Assembly (NCBI GenBank): GCA_964357395.1
Contig: CAYHLC010000003.1
Span: 14,080 to 78,079, forward strand
Source: an uncultured Candidatus Saccharibacteria bacterium
GTDB taxonomy: Bacteria > Patescibacteriota > Minisyncoccia > Phycocordibacterales > Phycocordibacteraceae
Direction: 5' to 3'
DNA: 64,000 bases
Shown here: positions 54,004-63,389 of the stretch, one piece after another
Numbering within the stretch: the stretch's first letter is position 1
How the letters are laid out: the number at the start of each line of letters is the position of its first letter
The notes under the pieces: model-generated
Told to the model about the DNA's origin: nothing
Seen by the model: only the letters and a program-made list of their open reading frames with translations
The model's database searches: none
Program-made: the position numbers and the translations under genes

Positions 54004-54306
54004 ATGACCAAGAACCCGATACTTAATGCGCTCGCGGCTCTCCTCTATATAGGAGTGTTGGTGGGGGCCCTGTCTACTTTCGTCGACTCGGAGCTCGAGA
54101 CAGCCGCGCCGCTCCTCATCCCCGCTGTAATGCTGTCCCTCTTTACACTCTCCGCGGCAGTCATGGGTATGATCTTCTTTTACCAGCCGTTCCGCATGTA
54201 CTTTGATGGGGAAAAGAGCCAGGCGTTCACCCTCGTCATTCAAACGATAGGATCGTTCGCCGTCGTCGCTGCAATCCTCGTCGCCATCGCCGCCTACCTC
54301 GCGTAA
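54004..54306 (+). CDS. Small 3-TM hypothetical protein
   Basis: MTKNPILNALAA.LYI...LSLFTLSAAVMG..FF..P; TACGAT-N6-ATG. Confidence 0.7.
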   Translation: MTKNPILNALAALLYIGVLVGALSTFVDSELETAAPLLIPAVMLSLFTLSAAVMGMIFFYQPFRMYFDGEKSQAFTLVIQTIGSFAVVAAILVAIAAYLA

Positions 54307-54336
54307 GAGCCACTTTTTGCACGGTATACTTTTGGT

Positions 54337-55551
54337 ATGCCGAAGTTTTCGGTCACCGCAGTGACCAAAGAGGATGAGCAATACCACGAGGTGGTGGAGG
54401 CTGCGACACGCTTTGATGTGTATCGCGACATCCGCGAGCGGGGCGACCGGATACTCGATGTTAAGGAGGAAGGAGGGGCATGGTGGAAGTCTGTGGGCGA
54501 CCTCTCCCTCTTCGGCTCCGTCGCGCTCGACGACAAGGTGATACTAACGCGTAACCTTGCCGCCATGCTCGAGGCGGGTCTTACTATTTCGCGCGCGCTC
54601 GGTGTTATGGAGCGCCAGTCCAAGAACAAGAAGTTGAAGTCGGTCTTAGGCTCCATGATCGGCGAGGTCAAAGGGGGCGCCACATTCTCGAGCGCACTTG
54701 CCAAATTCCCAAGCGTATTCCCCGCGCTCCTCGTCTCCATGGTCCGCGCGGGCGAGGAGTCGGGCAAGCTTGCGGAGGCCTTGCGTGTCGTATCGCTGCA
54801 GATGGAGCGCTCGAGTAACCTCACAAAGAAGATCCGAGGCGCACTCATATACCCCGCAATAGTGGTCATCGCCATGATCGGTATTGGGATACTGATGCTC
54901 ATCTATGTGGTGCCGACCTTGACCCAAACCTTCAACGAGGTGGGGGCCAAGCTGCCTCCAACCACGCAGGCCATCATTAGTGTTTCTGCGTTCCTCACCG
55001 AGCATACGCTCCTCGCGCTCGGCGGCTTTCTCCTCTTCATTATATTACTCGTGGGTCTCGCGCGTACCGCGCAGGGCAAGTATGCGCTCAACTGGCTCTT
55101 CCTCCGCATGCCAGTCATTAGCAACTTGGTCCAGGAGACATACTCGGCTCGCACGGCGCGCACCTTGGCGTCACTCCTTTCTGCAGGAGTCGACGTCGTG
55201 TACTCGATAACGATTACGCGCGACGTCGTTCAGAACATCTTTTACCAAAACGTACTGAAGGAGACAGAGGCCTCTGTGGTGAAAGGGGGCCAGATATCCG
55301 CAACGCTTGCCAAGTACCCAAATCTCTATCCGCCCATGGTGGCAGAGATGGTGGCCGTGGGCGAGGAGACTGGCCGCCTCTCCGACATGCTGAAAGAGAC
55401 CGCCACATTTTACGAAGAATCGGTCGAGCAGCAGACTAAGGACCTCTCGACTATTATCGAGCCCTTGCTGATGGTTATGATTGGCGGGTTCGTAGGATTC
55501 TTTGCGATATCGATGATCGCCCCTATTTACTCACTCTCTAGTGGTATCTAG
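54337..55551 (+). CDS. pilC: Type IV pilus platform protein PilC/GspF
   Basis: RNLAAMLEAGL, GEESGKL, ALIYP, VGEETGRL, IIEP. Confidence 0.95.
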   Translation: MPKFSVTAVTKEDEQYHEVVEAATRFDVYRDIRERGDRILDVKEEGGAWWKSVGDLSLFGSVALDDKVILTRNLAAMLEAGLTISRALGVMERQSKNKKLKSVLGSMIGEVKGGATFSSALAKFPSVFPALLVSMVRAGEESGKLAEALRVVSLQMERSSNLTKKIRGALIYPAIVVIAMIGIGILMLIYVVPTLTQTFNEVGAKLPPTTQAIISVSAFLTEHTLLALGGFLLFIILLVGLARTAQGKYALNWLFLRMPVISNLVQETYSARTARTLASLLSAGVDVVYSITITRDVVQNIFYQNVLKETEASVVKGGQISATLAKYPNLYPPMVAEMVAVGEETGRLSDMLKETATFYEESVEQQTKDLSTIIEPLLMVMIGGFVGFFAISMIAPIYSLSSGI

Positions 55552-55552
55552 T

Positions 55553-57265
55553 ATGCCAGCGCGGGGAATGACATTTATAGACGTTGTTGTGGGCGTCTCG
55601 CTCATGCTCCTCGTCTTCCTTTCGATCTTTGCTGCGTACCAACTCGCTATCGAGCTGGTGTACTCTACCAAGGCGAAGGCGGGCGGGATGTCACTCGTGA
55701 CGCAGCAGCTCGAGTACGTACGCGGCCTACCGTACGAGGAGATCGGCACGGTGGGCGGTATTCCTGCCGGAACTATTCCGCAAGTCGCGACCACCTCGAT
55801 CAATAACATTCAGTACACGGTGCGCACACTGGTCCTCTATACCGATGCGCCCGAGGATGGGCTTGGTGGCGCTGACACCACTGGTATTACCGCAGACTAC
55901 AAGACAATAAAGGTAGAAGCCTCATGGGCAGTGCGGAGCTCGCCGCGCAGCACCTTTGCGCTCACCCGCGTCTCGCCGCACGGGGTCGAGTCCTTGACTT
56001 CGGGCGGGACACTGCGGATCGAGGTCTTTGATGCGCTCGCGGCTCCGCTGCAGGGCGCGAGTGTGCATATACAAAATGATGTGTTAGTACCAACAATCGA
56101 CGTCACCGTAGAGAGCGATGCATCAGGCACGGTGCTGGTCCCGGGCGCACCTGCAGCTGCGAACTATCAGATCGAGGTGACCCGCGGCGGGTACTCGTCC
56201 GCACGCACCTATGCGGCAACGACCGAGAATCCAAACCCAAATCCCGGCCACCTCGCTGTTGCCAACCAGCAAACGACGACCGCAAGCTTTTTTATCGATC
56301 GCACGGGCACACTCCGGTTCTACACATACACTCCGATCGCAGGAGGCTTCTTTAGTGATGACTTTGACGGCGAGGACAAGCTCGCTGCGACGACCTCTGT
56401 TGCTGCAATCTCCGGCGCGCTCAGTCTTGTTGCGGACGAGGCGGGGTACGTCGCGTCCGGCGAGGCGTATTCGATGAGTGTTGCGCCTCCGCTCCTTAGC
56501 GCATGGGACACGCTCAGCTGGGACGCAGAGGCGCCAAGCGGCACTACCCTCGCGGTGCAGCTCTACTATCTCTCGGGAGCGGAGTACGCGCTTGTGCCGG
56601 ACGCCCTTGTTTCGGGGAACAGCGCCGGCCTCACCTCGGAGTCGGTGTCGATCGCTACGCTCGCGACCTCCACGTTCCCCTCGCTCAGGATCAAGGCGCT
56701 CCTCACTGGAGACACCACTCTGACACCCACCTTGGATACCTGGCGCATTGACTACGAGGCTGGCCCATCACCGCTTCCCAATATCGGCATTGATATTCAT
56801 GGTGACAAGTCTATCGGGAATGCAGTTGGGGGCGAGCCGATATATGCGTACGATGATTCGTTCAGCACCAATCAGTATGGCGAGTGGGTCCTTGAGGATA
56901 TGGAGTGGGATGCGTACGCCGTTCAGTTATCAGATACTCTCTACGATATCGCGTCGCAGTGTCCGTACCCGCTCTCGCTCGCGCCTGGAAGTGATACCAG
57001 CGTCTCTCTTATGCTCAACTCTCATACGTCGCACTCACTCCGCGTTGTTGTGGCTGGCTCGGGGGTGGCACTCTCTGGCGCTACAGTAGCGATCGCAGGA
57101 CCAGCTGCGGAGGAGGGGACCACCGACTCGTGTGGACAGGTCTTCTTTAGTGGGCTCTCGGTGGGGACCTACACCCTTACCGTGACTGCGAGCGGGTTTC
57201 AGCCCTCAACGCAGGAGACGTCGGTTGCAGGACGCACCGTAACTCCGATCGCACTCTCCCCATAA
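55553..57265 (+). CDS. Large minor pilin with carboxypeptidase-regulatory-like beta domains
   Basis: Class III signal RG|MTFIDVVVG; LQGASV/LSGATV...TD..G...GTYTLTVTASGF repeats. Confidence 0.8.
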   Translation: MPARGMTFIDVVVGVSLMLLVFLSIFAAYQLAIELVYSTKAKAGGMSLVTQQLEYVRGLPYEEIGTVGGIPAGTIPQVATTSINNIQYTVRTLVLYTDAPEDGLGGADTTGITADYKTIKVEASWAVRSSPRSTFALTRVSPHGVESLTSGGTLRIEVFDALAAPLQGASVHIQNDVLVPTIDVTVESDASGTVLVPGAPAAANYQIEVTRGGYSSARTYAATTENPNPNPGHLAVANQQTTTASFFIDRTGTLRFYTYTPIAGGFFSDDFDGEDKLAATTSVAAISGALSLVADEAGYVASGEAYSMSVAPPLLSAWDTLSWDAEAPSGTTLAVQLYYLSGAEYALVPDALVSGNSAGLTSESVSIATLATSTFPSLRIKALLTGDTTLTPTLDTWRIDYEAGPSPLPNIGIDIHGDKSIGNAVGGEPIYAYDDSFSTNQYGEWVLEDMEWDAYAVQLSDTLYDIASQCPYPLSLAPGSDTSVSLMLNSHTSHSLRVVVAGSGVALSGATVAIAGPAAEEGTTDSCGQVFFSGLSVGTYTLTVTASGFQPSTQETSVAGRTVTPIALSP

Positions 57266-57266
57266 T

Positions 57267-57854
57267 ATGCACACACCACATGGCCTTACGTTTGTCGAAA
57301 TGCTGATCACGATCGCGATCATCTCGATCATTATGATCGCGATCGTCGACTCGATCATCTTCTTTTATCGCGCCAACACCTCATCGATCGAGCAGGAGTA
57401 CCAAGTCGAGCACGCCCGCAGGGGTGCCGAGCTTATGATCCGCGACTTGCGCGAGACGACGTACGCTGACTCGGGCGCGTATCCGCTCGCTACTATCGCG
57501 ACCTCGACCGTCACCTTTTACACCGATACTGACACCGACGGATCGATCGAGCGGATCCGCTACACATTGCTCGGCACGAACCTGTACCGGAACGTCACCG
57601 AGGCAGCCGGCGCCCCGCCCGCCTATACGGGGGGCGGGGCGACGAGTACAGTATCGCGCTATATCCGGAACAACGATGAGGCCGCCCCGCTCTTCCGCTA
57701 CTTTGATAACACAAACACCGAGGTGAGTAGTGAGGACATTGCTGATGTGGTCTCTGTCACGGTCAATCTGGTCGTGGATATCACACAGCAACATACGCCA
57801 GGCAAGTTTACGCTGAGGGATAGTGCTACACTTCGTAACCTACGCGCACAATGA
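57267..57854 (+). CDS. Type IV minor pilin (PilW/GspJ-like)
   Basis: G|LTFVEMLITIAII; C-terminal LRN. Confidence 0.85.
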   Translation: MHTPHGLTFVEMLITIAIISIIMIAIVDSIIFFYRANTSSIEQEYQVEHARRGAELMIRDLRETTYADSGAYPLATIATSTVTFYTDTDTDGSIERIRYTLLGTNLYRNVTEAAGAPPAYTGGGATSTVSRYIRNNDEAAPLFRYFDNTNTEVSSEDIADVVSVTVNLVVDITQQHTPGKFTLRDSATLRNLRAQ

Positions 57855-59275
57855 AACATACTCGCGGCTACTTTACGCTCCTCGTCCTCGTCTACTCCGC
57901 AGTCTTTTTGACACTCCTCTCTTCGCTCGCTGGTTACATTTTTATAGAAAAGCGGCTCGAGCTCGCCAAAGAGAACAAGGAAAAGGCATTCCAATTAGCG
58001 GAAGCAGGGCTCGAGTACTATCGCTGGCACCTCGCGCACTGGCCGAGCGACCTCAAGGACGGGACCGGGCAGCCCGGCCCATACGTGCATACGGTACCTG
58101 ACCCAGAGGGTGGGACGCTCGGCACCTTCTCACTCGATATTTCTGGCGGCGAAGTGTGTGGGCAGGTAAACTCGTTGGTCATCAGCGCTACCGGTGCTGC
58201 TGCTGCGGATCCGACATACACCCGCACCCTGACTGCGCGCTATACCAAGCCGACAGTCGCCGAGTTTAACACTATCGTCAACTCGAATGTCTGGGTGGGT
58301 GCCGACCGTATTATCACTGGCCCTTACCACTCGAATGGGGGTATCCGTATGGACGCAACGCATAATGCTGACGTCACGTCGGGGGTGGCATCGTGGCTTT
58401 GCACATCCTCCTTCGGCTGTACACCAAATCAGAATCAGAACGGCGTCTTCGGAGCGGGCTCGCAGCCGGAATTGTGGCGCTTCCCGGTGCCCTCGGTCGA
58501 TTTTGCGGGGATTAGTGTTGATCTCTCTGCACTCAAAAATTATGCGACCACCTCGGGTATTTATGTACCGCCGTCAAACGGGTATGGGTGGCGCGTGACA
58601 CTTCGCGCGGACGGGCAGATGGAGCTCCGCAAGGTGGTTGGGGCAATACAGGTGTGGAGCTACTCGATCGAGGGCGGGTGGCAGCAGGAGCGCACCGTGA
58701 TGTCGAGTGTGCAGGACGAAACAACAAGCATTGTCCTCCCCACCTGCCCCGTCATCTTTGTCGAGGACAATGTGTGGCTTGATGGTGTGGTCTCGGGGCA
58801 CGTCACACTCGCTGCAGCCGACGTAACGGGGGCATCGATCGATCGCTCGGTGATACTGAGCGATAACATCACCTACGCCGGTGGGACTAATGATGGACTT
58901 ACTGTGATTGGCGAGCAGGATGTGCTAATCGGATTGCAGGTGCCGGACGTGATGACAATCAACGGTGTGTTCATTGCACAGAAGGGGCACTTTGGTCGTA
59001 ACCACTATTGCCAGAGCGACTGCTCGACGCAGTCGGGTAACCAGGGCCTCCCCGGCACGCTGGACCCCTATGTCACACGCTCGACACTCAACACGAATGG
59101 CACCGTGGTCTCTAACGGCCGCGTCGGTACCAAGTGGATGAGTGGCAACACCTTCATCTCCGGCTTTGCGCTGCGCAACGACACCTTTGATCGCGACCTC
59201 GCCGCCAACCCGCCGCCCTTCACCCCCGCCATCTCCGACGATTTCCGCTTCATCGAGTGGCGCGACCAGCGGTAG
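57851..59275 (+). CDS. PilX/GspK-like minor pilin
   Basis: RG|YFTLLVLV (no E5), AFQLAEAGLEY, C-terminal PPPF...W. Confidence 0.8.
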   Translation: MKHTRGYFTLLVLVYSAVFLTLLSSLAGYIFIEKRLELAKENKEKAFQLAEAGLEYYRWHLAHWPSDLKDGTGQPGPYVHTVPDPEGGTLGTFSLDISGGEVCGQVNSLVISATGAAAADPTYTRTLTARYTKPTVAEFNTIVNSNVWVGADRIITGPYHSNGGIRMDATHNADVTSGVASWLCTSSFGCTPNQNQNGVFGAGSQPELWRFPVPSVDFAGISVDLSALKNYATTSGIYVPPSNGYGWRVTLRADGQMELRKVVGAIQVWSYSIEGGWQQERTVMSSVQDETTSIVLPTCPVIFVEDNVWLDGVVSGHVTLAAADVTGASIDRSVILSDNITYAGGTNDGLTVIGEQDVLIGLQVPDVMTINGVFIAQKGHFGRNHYCQSDCSTQSGNQGLPGTLDPYVTRSTLNTNGTVVSNGRVGTKWMSGNTFISGFALRNDTFDRDLAANPPPFTPAISDDFRFIEWRDQR

Positions 59276-59434
59276 CTGCTGGGGTCGAGCTGGCGAGCAG
59301 CATTTCGTCGGACACACATATTTTTCTGCTGAAAAATTGCTCAGTCTCGGCTACCCGCCTGCGAAGCTCCTCCGAAATGCTCTCACCAGCTGCCCCTCAG
59401 CTGCTACAATCTGCAAAATGCTACAATACGAAGC

Positions 59435-60196
59435 GTGAGGAAACACTCGACACTACTCGTTGGTAATTGGAAAGCTTTCGTTTCCTCTCCCAAGGAGGCA
59501 CTTACCCTAATTAAGAAGATCGAGCGCGGATTGCCGCGCGGCATGAAGTCAGAAATAGTCGTCTGCCCGCCCGCACCCATACTTGCGTACCTACGCGATA
59601 GCTATGCGGGACGCCGGATTGCTTTTGGTGCGCAGCATATCTCTATCTCTGGGCTCGGAGCCAACACGGGCGAGGATGCGGGGGAGTTGGTACGCGCTGC
59701 TGGCGCTACCTATACGATAGTAGGTCACGCGGAACGACGTGCCGAGGGCGAGGATGACGAGCGAGTAGCCAAAGAGGCACGCGCAGCGCTCGACTCGGGC
59801 CTCACCCCCATCATTTGTGTGGGTGAGGAGGAGCGAGACAAGGACGGCCACTACTTTGCAAAGATCGAGAAGACGCTCGCGGGCTCAGTCTCGCGCATAC
59901 TGCCGCACGAGATAGGACGGGTGGTTATTGCCTACGAGCCAGTATGGGCTATCGGCGCCCCACTCGCGCCCGGCGCCCGCGTCGTTGCTGAGGCTACGCT
60001 CTATGTACGAAAGACGCTTGCATCGCTCTATGGCAGAGAGGCAGCACTGAAGACCAGGATCATCTACGGAGGGGCTGTCGATGAGACAACCGCAGGCGAG
60101 CTTAAGAAGGACGGACAGGTAAACGGCTTTCTGATCGGACGCGCCTCCGTCGACGCACTTAAGTTTCCTCTGATAGTGCGCGCATGCGAGTCCTAA
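59435..60196 (+). CDS. tpiA: Triosephosphate isomerase
   Basis: GNWK, GHAERR, AYEPVWAIG, YGGAV. Confidence 0.96.
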   Translation: MRKHSTLLVGNWKAFVSSPKEALTLIKKIERGLPRGMKSEIVVCPPAPILAYLRDSYAGRRIAFGAQHISISGLGANTGEDAGELVRAAGATYTIVGHAERRAEGEDDERVAKEARAALDSGLTPIICVGEEERDKDGHYFAKIEKTLAGSVSRILPHEIGRVVIAYEPVWAIGAPLAPGARVVAEATLYVRKTLASLYGREAALKTRIIYGGAVDETTAGELKKDGQVNGFLIGRASVDALKFPLIVRACES

Positions 60197-61317
60197 CGCT
60201 TAAGGATGCACCAGATTTGAAGGGCCACACTGTGTTGGTGCGGAGTGCGCTCAATGTACCGATCGCGGGCGGCAAAATTGCAGCACCATTCCGCCTCGAG
60301 GCAGCGCTCCATACACTGCAGTATTTGGTGCAGCATGGCGCTAAGGTGGTGATACTCTCTCATATCAATGGCGACGGCGTGCCGTCGCTCCGGCCGGTGT
60401 ATGAATACCTACGAACCAAGTTGCCACTCATGTTTGCGGACGATGTGGTGGGGGACCGGGCACTCGCTGCCGCACGCGGGTTGCAGAACGGTACCGCGCT
60501 TATGCTCGAGAATGTGCGCCGCGATAAGCGAGAGGAGGCGAACGATGACGAATTTGCGCGTAGGCTCGCGCTCCTCGGAGATATTTTTGTTAATGATGAC
60601 TTTACTGTTGCGCATCGCGTCCACGCCTCGGTCGTTGGTGTACCCAAGTACCTGCCCTCATATGCTGGGCTGCAGTTCGAGGCGGAGCTCTCGCACCTCA
60701 CTCGGGCGCTCGAGCCGCAGAGTCCATCAATAGCGATCATCGGTGGCGCCAAGTTTGTGACCAAGGAGGCGCTGATCAGGGCGCTCTTGCCGAAGTATGA
60801 CCACCTCTTCATTACAGGCGCTCTCTCGAACGACTTTTTCAAAGCAGAGGGCGTCGAGGTCGGCAAGTCCCTAGTCTCTCCAGAGTCACACGTTAAGGAT
60901 CTCCTGAAGAACGGCAAGATCATGCTGCCGGTCGACGTGACGGTGGACGGCCCATTGGGCAGGATGCATAAGGATGTAGACGATGTGCTAGAGACCGAAG
61001 CAATTTGGGATATTGGCCCTCGTACACTAGAGCTCGTCGCCTCGGTAGTGCGGAAGTCGAACACGATATTGTGGAATGGCCCGACCGGGAAGTATGAGGC
61101 AGGCTTTACCGAGATGACGTGTGCACTCGCGAAGGTGGTTGCCGAGTCCAAGGGTATGTCAATTGTGGGTGGGGGCGACACTATTGCCGCTATCGAGACC
61201 TTGGGCCGCCAGGCCGAATTCACCTTTATGTCGACCGCAGGTGGGGCGATGCTCGACTACCTCGCCCACGGTACCCTCCCTGGTATCGAGGCCCTGAAGA
61301 ATTCACGGAAAGTGTAG
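60184..61317 (+). CDS. pgk: Phosphoglycerate kinase
   Basis: LNVP, LENVR, AHRVHAS, GGAK, WNGP, GGGDT, STAGGA. Confidence 0.93.
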   Translation: MRVLTLKDAPDLKGHTVLVRSALNVPIAGGKIAAPFRLEAALHTLQYLVQHGAKVVILSHINGDGVPSLRPVYEYLRTKLPLMFADDVVGDRALAAARGLQNGTALMLENVRRDKREEANDDEFARRLALLGDIFVNDDFTVAHRVHASVVGVPKYLPSYAGLQFEAELSHLTRALEPQSPSIAIIGGAKFVTKEALIRALLPKYDHLFITGALSNDFFKAEGVEVGKSLVSPESHVKDLLKNGKIMLPVDVTVDGPLGRMHKDVDDVLETEAIWDIGPRTLELVASVVRKSNTILWNGPTGKYEAGFTEMTCALAKVVAESKGMSIVGGGDTIAAIETLGRQAEFTFMSTAGGAMLDYLAHGTLPGIEALKNSRKV

Positions 61318-61367
61318 TCCAGCTATTGACCATATAGTGGTATTGTGCTATAGTTAGCCGCGCAACT

Positions 61368-61517
61368 ATGGCCGGGGAAAACGCACACGTAGCACGGTAC
61401 CGATTTTGGGAAGGACGCTTCTGGGCAGAGAGAGACCCCCATATGAAAATACGAATTTCAATGCTGCTCGCCGCATTTGCGACTGCTGCAGGAGCTGCGG
61501 GTGTCAGCGTTTTATAG
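61368..61517 (+). CDS. Tail-anchored microprotein (49 aa)
   Basis: Manual: MAGENAHVARYRFWEGRFWAERDPHMKIRISMLLAAFATAAGAAGVSVL; TTGACC and TATAGT upstream. Confidence 0.5.
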   Translation: MAGENAHVARYRFWEGRFWAERDPHMKIRISMLLAAFATAAGAAGVSVL

Positions 61518-61548
61518 CTAGCAGGAGCCACCGTGCTACGCTTTTGTA

Positions 61549-63219
61549 GTGAGTCCGCTGGTACTAAGGCTATTAGAGGAGAGGGGTATTACTGACACTG
61601 ATGCCTTTCTGAATCCCTCATACGAGGCGCGGCACGATCCGTTCTTGCTGAAAGATATGGATACAGCGGTGGACCGCATACTCGCCGCGATTGCAGGTGG
61701 CGAAAGGATAGCCGTCTGGCATGATTATGATTGCGACGGAATCCCGGGCGGGGCGCTGCTCTCGGACTTCTTCAATAAGATCGGACACCCCGTACGAATG
61801 ATAGTTGCAGAGCGGAATGAAGGGTACGGTCTCAATGAGGAGGGGATCAAGTTGCTTGTGTCGGAAGGTGTTAAGGTTTTGGTCACTGTAGATTGTGGCA
61901 TTACAGATAACAAAGAGGTAGCACTCGCGCAATCCCTAGGCATCGACGTTATTGTTACTGACCACCACCTCCCCTCGGTAGAGCTTCCACCTGCCTACGC
62001 AGTAATCAATGCGCACCGCGCAGACGACGAGTACCCGTTCAAGGATTTGTGCGGTACCGGAGTCGCATTCAAGCTTGTCGAAGCGATAGTGGCCCGCCTC
62101 CGCCAAGGCTATGGCGGGTTGTCCATAGCCTACGGCGAAGGACAACAGAAGTGGCTGTTGGATTTGGTCGCACTCGCAACTGTTGCAGACATGGTGCCGC
62201 TCACCGGGGAGAATCGTACATTAGTTAGATACGGCCTCCAGGTTATGCAGCGTGGACGACGGAAGGGACTTGCAGCGCTTTTCAGAAAAGAGCGGATCCC
62301 ACAGAATGAGGTGACAGAAACCGATATCGCTTTTTCGATAGCACCAAAGATTAATGCGTCGAGCCGTATGGAGAGCCCGAAGCTCGCCTTCGAGCTCCTC
62401 ACTACTACCGATGACGTGCGCGCAAATGAGCTTGCAAACAAGTTGGTGTCGCTCAATAAATCGCGGAAGCTGGAGGGCGCGCGCGTAGCAAAGGAGGTGA
62501 AGCGCCGTATCGCAGGTATGCCAGTCATTGGCGACATCATTGTGATGGGCTCATCCGAGTGGCGCCCCTCCTTATTAGGCATTGCTGGCAACAATGTTGT
62601 CGAGACATACCACAAGACGGTGTGCCTCTGGGGCCGCGATGGCGACCTAATCAAAGGCTCGATACGCAGCAATGGCCAAGTCAATGTGGTGGAACTGATG
62701 CGCGGCGCTGCACACGTGTTTGCGGACTACGGCGGGCATGAGTCCTCGGGCGGCTTTTCCATAACCGCGGAAGCGATACATCAGCTACCCATCGCGCTCG
62801 AGGAGTCATTGCGTAGCTTGGGACTCGCGGAGGTCTCTGCCGAGGCCGCGCCGCATGATGGGGTACTAACGCTGTCGGAAGCGAACAGTAAGACATACGC
62901 CGCGCTCACGCAGATGGCTCCGTTTGGGATGAGTAATCCGAAGCCCGTGTTCCGCTTTGCTGATGTTCGTGTCGAACGAGTCATGTTTTTTGGTGCAGGC
63001 AAGGACCATGTGCGTCTCTCCCTTTCCGACAGCACACTGAGTGAGATCGGATCTCACTCAGTTGAGGCGATAGCCTTTTTCATCAACCGCTCCAGCTTCG
63101 GCGACACACTGGAACTCCTCTCGCAGGGCGATCGAGTGACGCTCGACGCATCGCTTGATAAGTCCTTCTTCAACGGCCGCTCCTCCTTGCGCCTCCGCAT
63201 CGAAGATCTTAAGATGTAA
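61549..63219 (+). CDS. recJ: Single-stranded-DNA exonuclease RecJ
   Basis: DYDCDG, EGYGL, TVDCG, TDHH, ATVADMVPL, GGH, PFG..NP.P. Confidence 0.96.
   Translation: MSPLVLRLLEERGITDTDAFLNPSYEARHDPFLLKDMDTAVDRILAAIAGGERIAVWHDYDCDGIPGGALLSDFFNKIGHPVRMIVAERNEGYGLNEEGIKLLVSEGVKVLVTVDCGITDNKEVALAQSLGIDVIVTDHHLPSVELPPAYAVINAHRADDEYPFKDLCGTGVAFKLVEAIVARLRQGYGGLSIAYGEGQQKWLLDLVALATVADMVPLTGENRTLVRYGLQVMQRGRRKGLAALFRKERIPQNEVTETDIAFSIAPKINASSRMESPKLAFELLTTTDDVRANELANKLVSLNKSRKLEGARVAKEVKRRIAGMPVIGDIIVMGSSEWRPSLLGIAGNNVVETYHKTVCLWGRDGDLIKGSIRSNGQVNVVELMRGAAHVFADYGGHESSGGFSITAEAIHQLPIALEESLRSLGLAEVSAEAAPHDGVLTLSEANSKTYAALTQMAPFGMSNPKPVFRFADVRVERVMFFGAGKDHVRLSLSDSTLSEIGSHSVEAIAFFINRSSFGDTLELLSQGDRVTLDASLDKSFFNGRSSLRLRIEDLKM
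62097..62141. repeat. Paired palindromic elements (hairpin) in frame within recJ
   Basis: CCTCCGCCAAGGCTATGG-cgggttgt-CCATAGCCTACGGCGAAGG encoding RLRQGYGGLSIAYGEG. Confidence 0.6.
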
Positions 63220-63221
63220 CT

Positions 63222-63377
63222 ATGGGCTTTGAGCTTGGTAAGCAACCAAGACCCGCTGAGGCAGTAACTTGCCTTGATTGTGGTGGGACTGGCGAGGGTG
63301 ATCAGGGCGAGTTCGGCATTCTTGCATGTGAGAAGTGCGACGGACGCGGGTGGTATATACCTGAAAGCCCGTCGTAG
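63222..63377 (+). CDS. DnaJ-type zinc-finger microprotein (51 aa)
   Basis: Manual: ...TCLDCGGTG...ACEKCDGRGW..., two CxxCxGxG repeats; starts 2 nt after the recJ stop. Confidence 0.7.
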   Translation: MGFELGKQPRPAEAVTCLDCGGTGEGDQGEFGILACEKCDGRGWYIPESPS

Positions 63378-63389
63378 TACACTGCGCGC

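Noticed and set aside
63221-63389. Structured ncRNA or riboswitch after recJ
   Set aside because: The interval is fully explained by a 51-aa CxxCxGxG ORF
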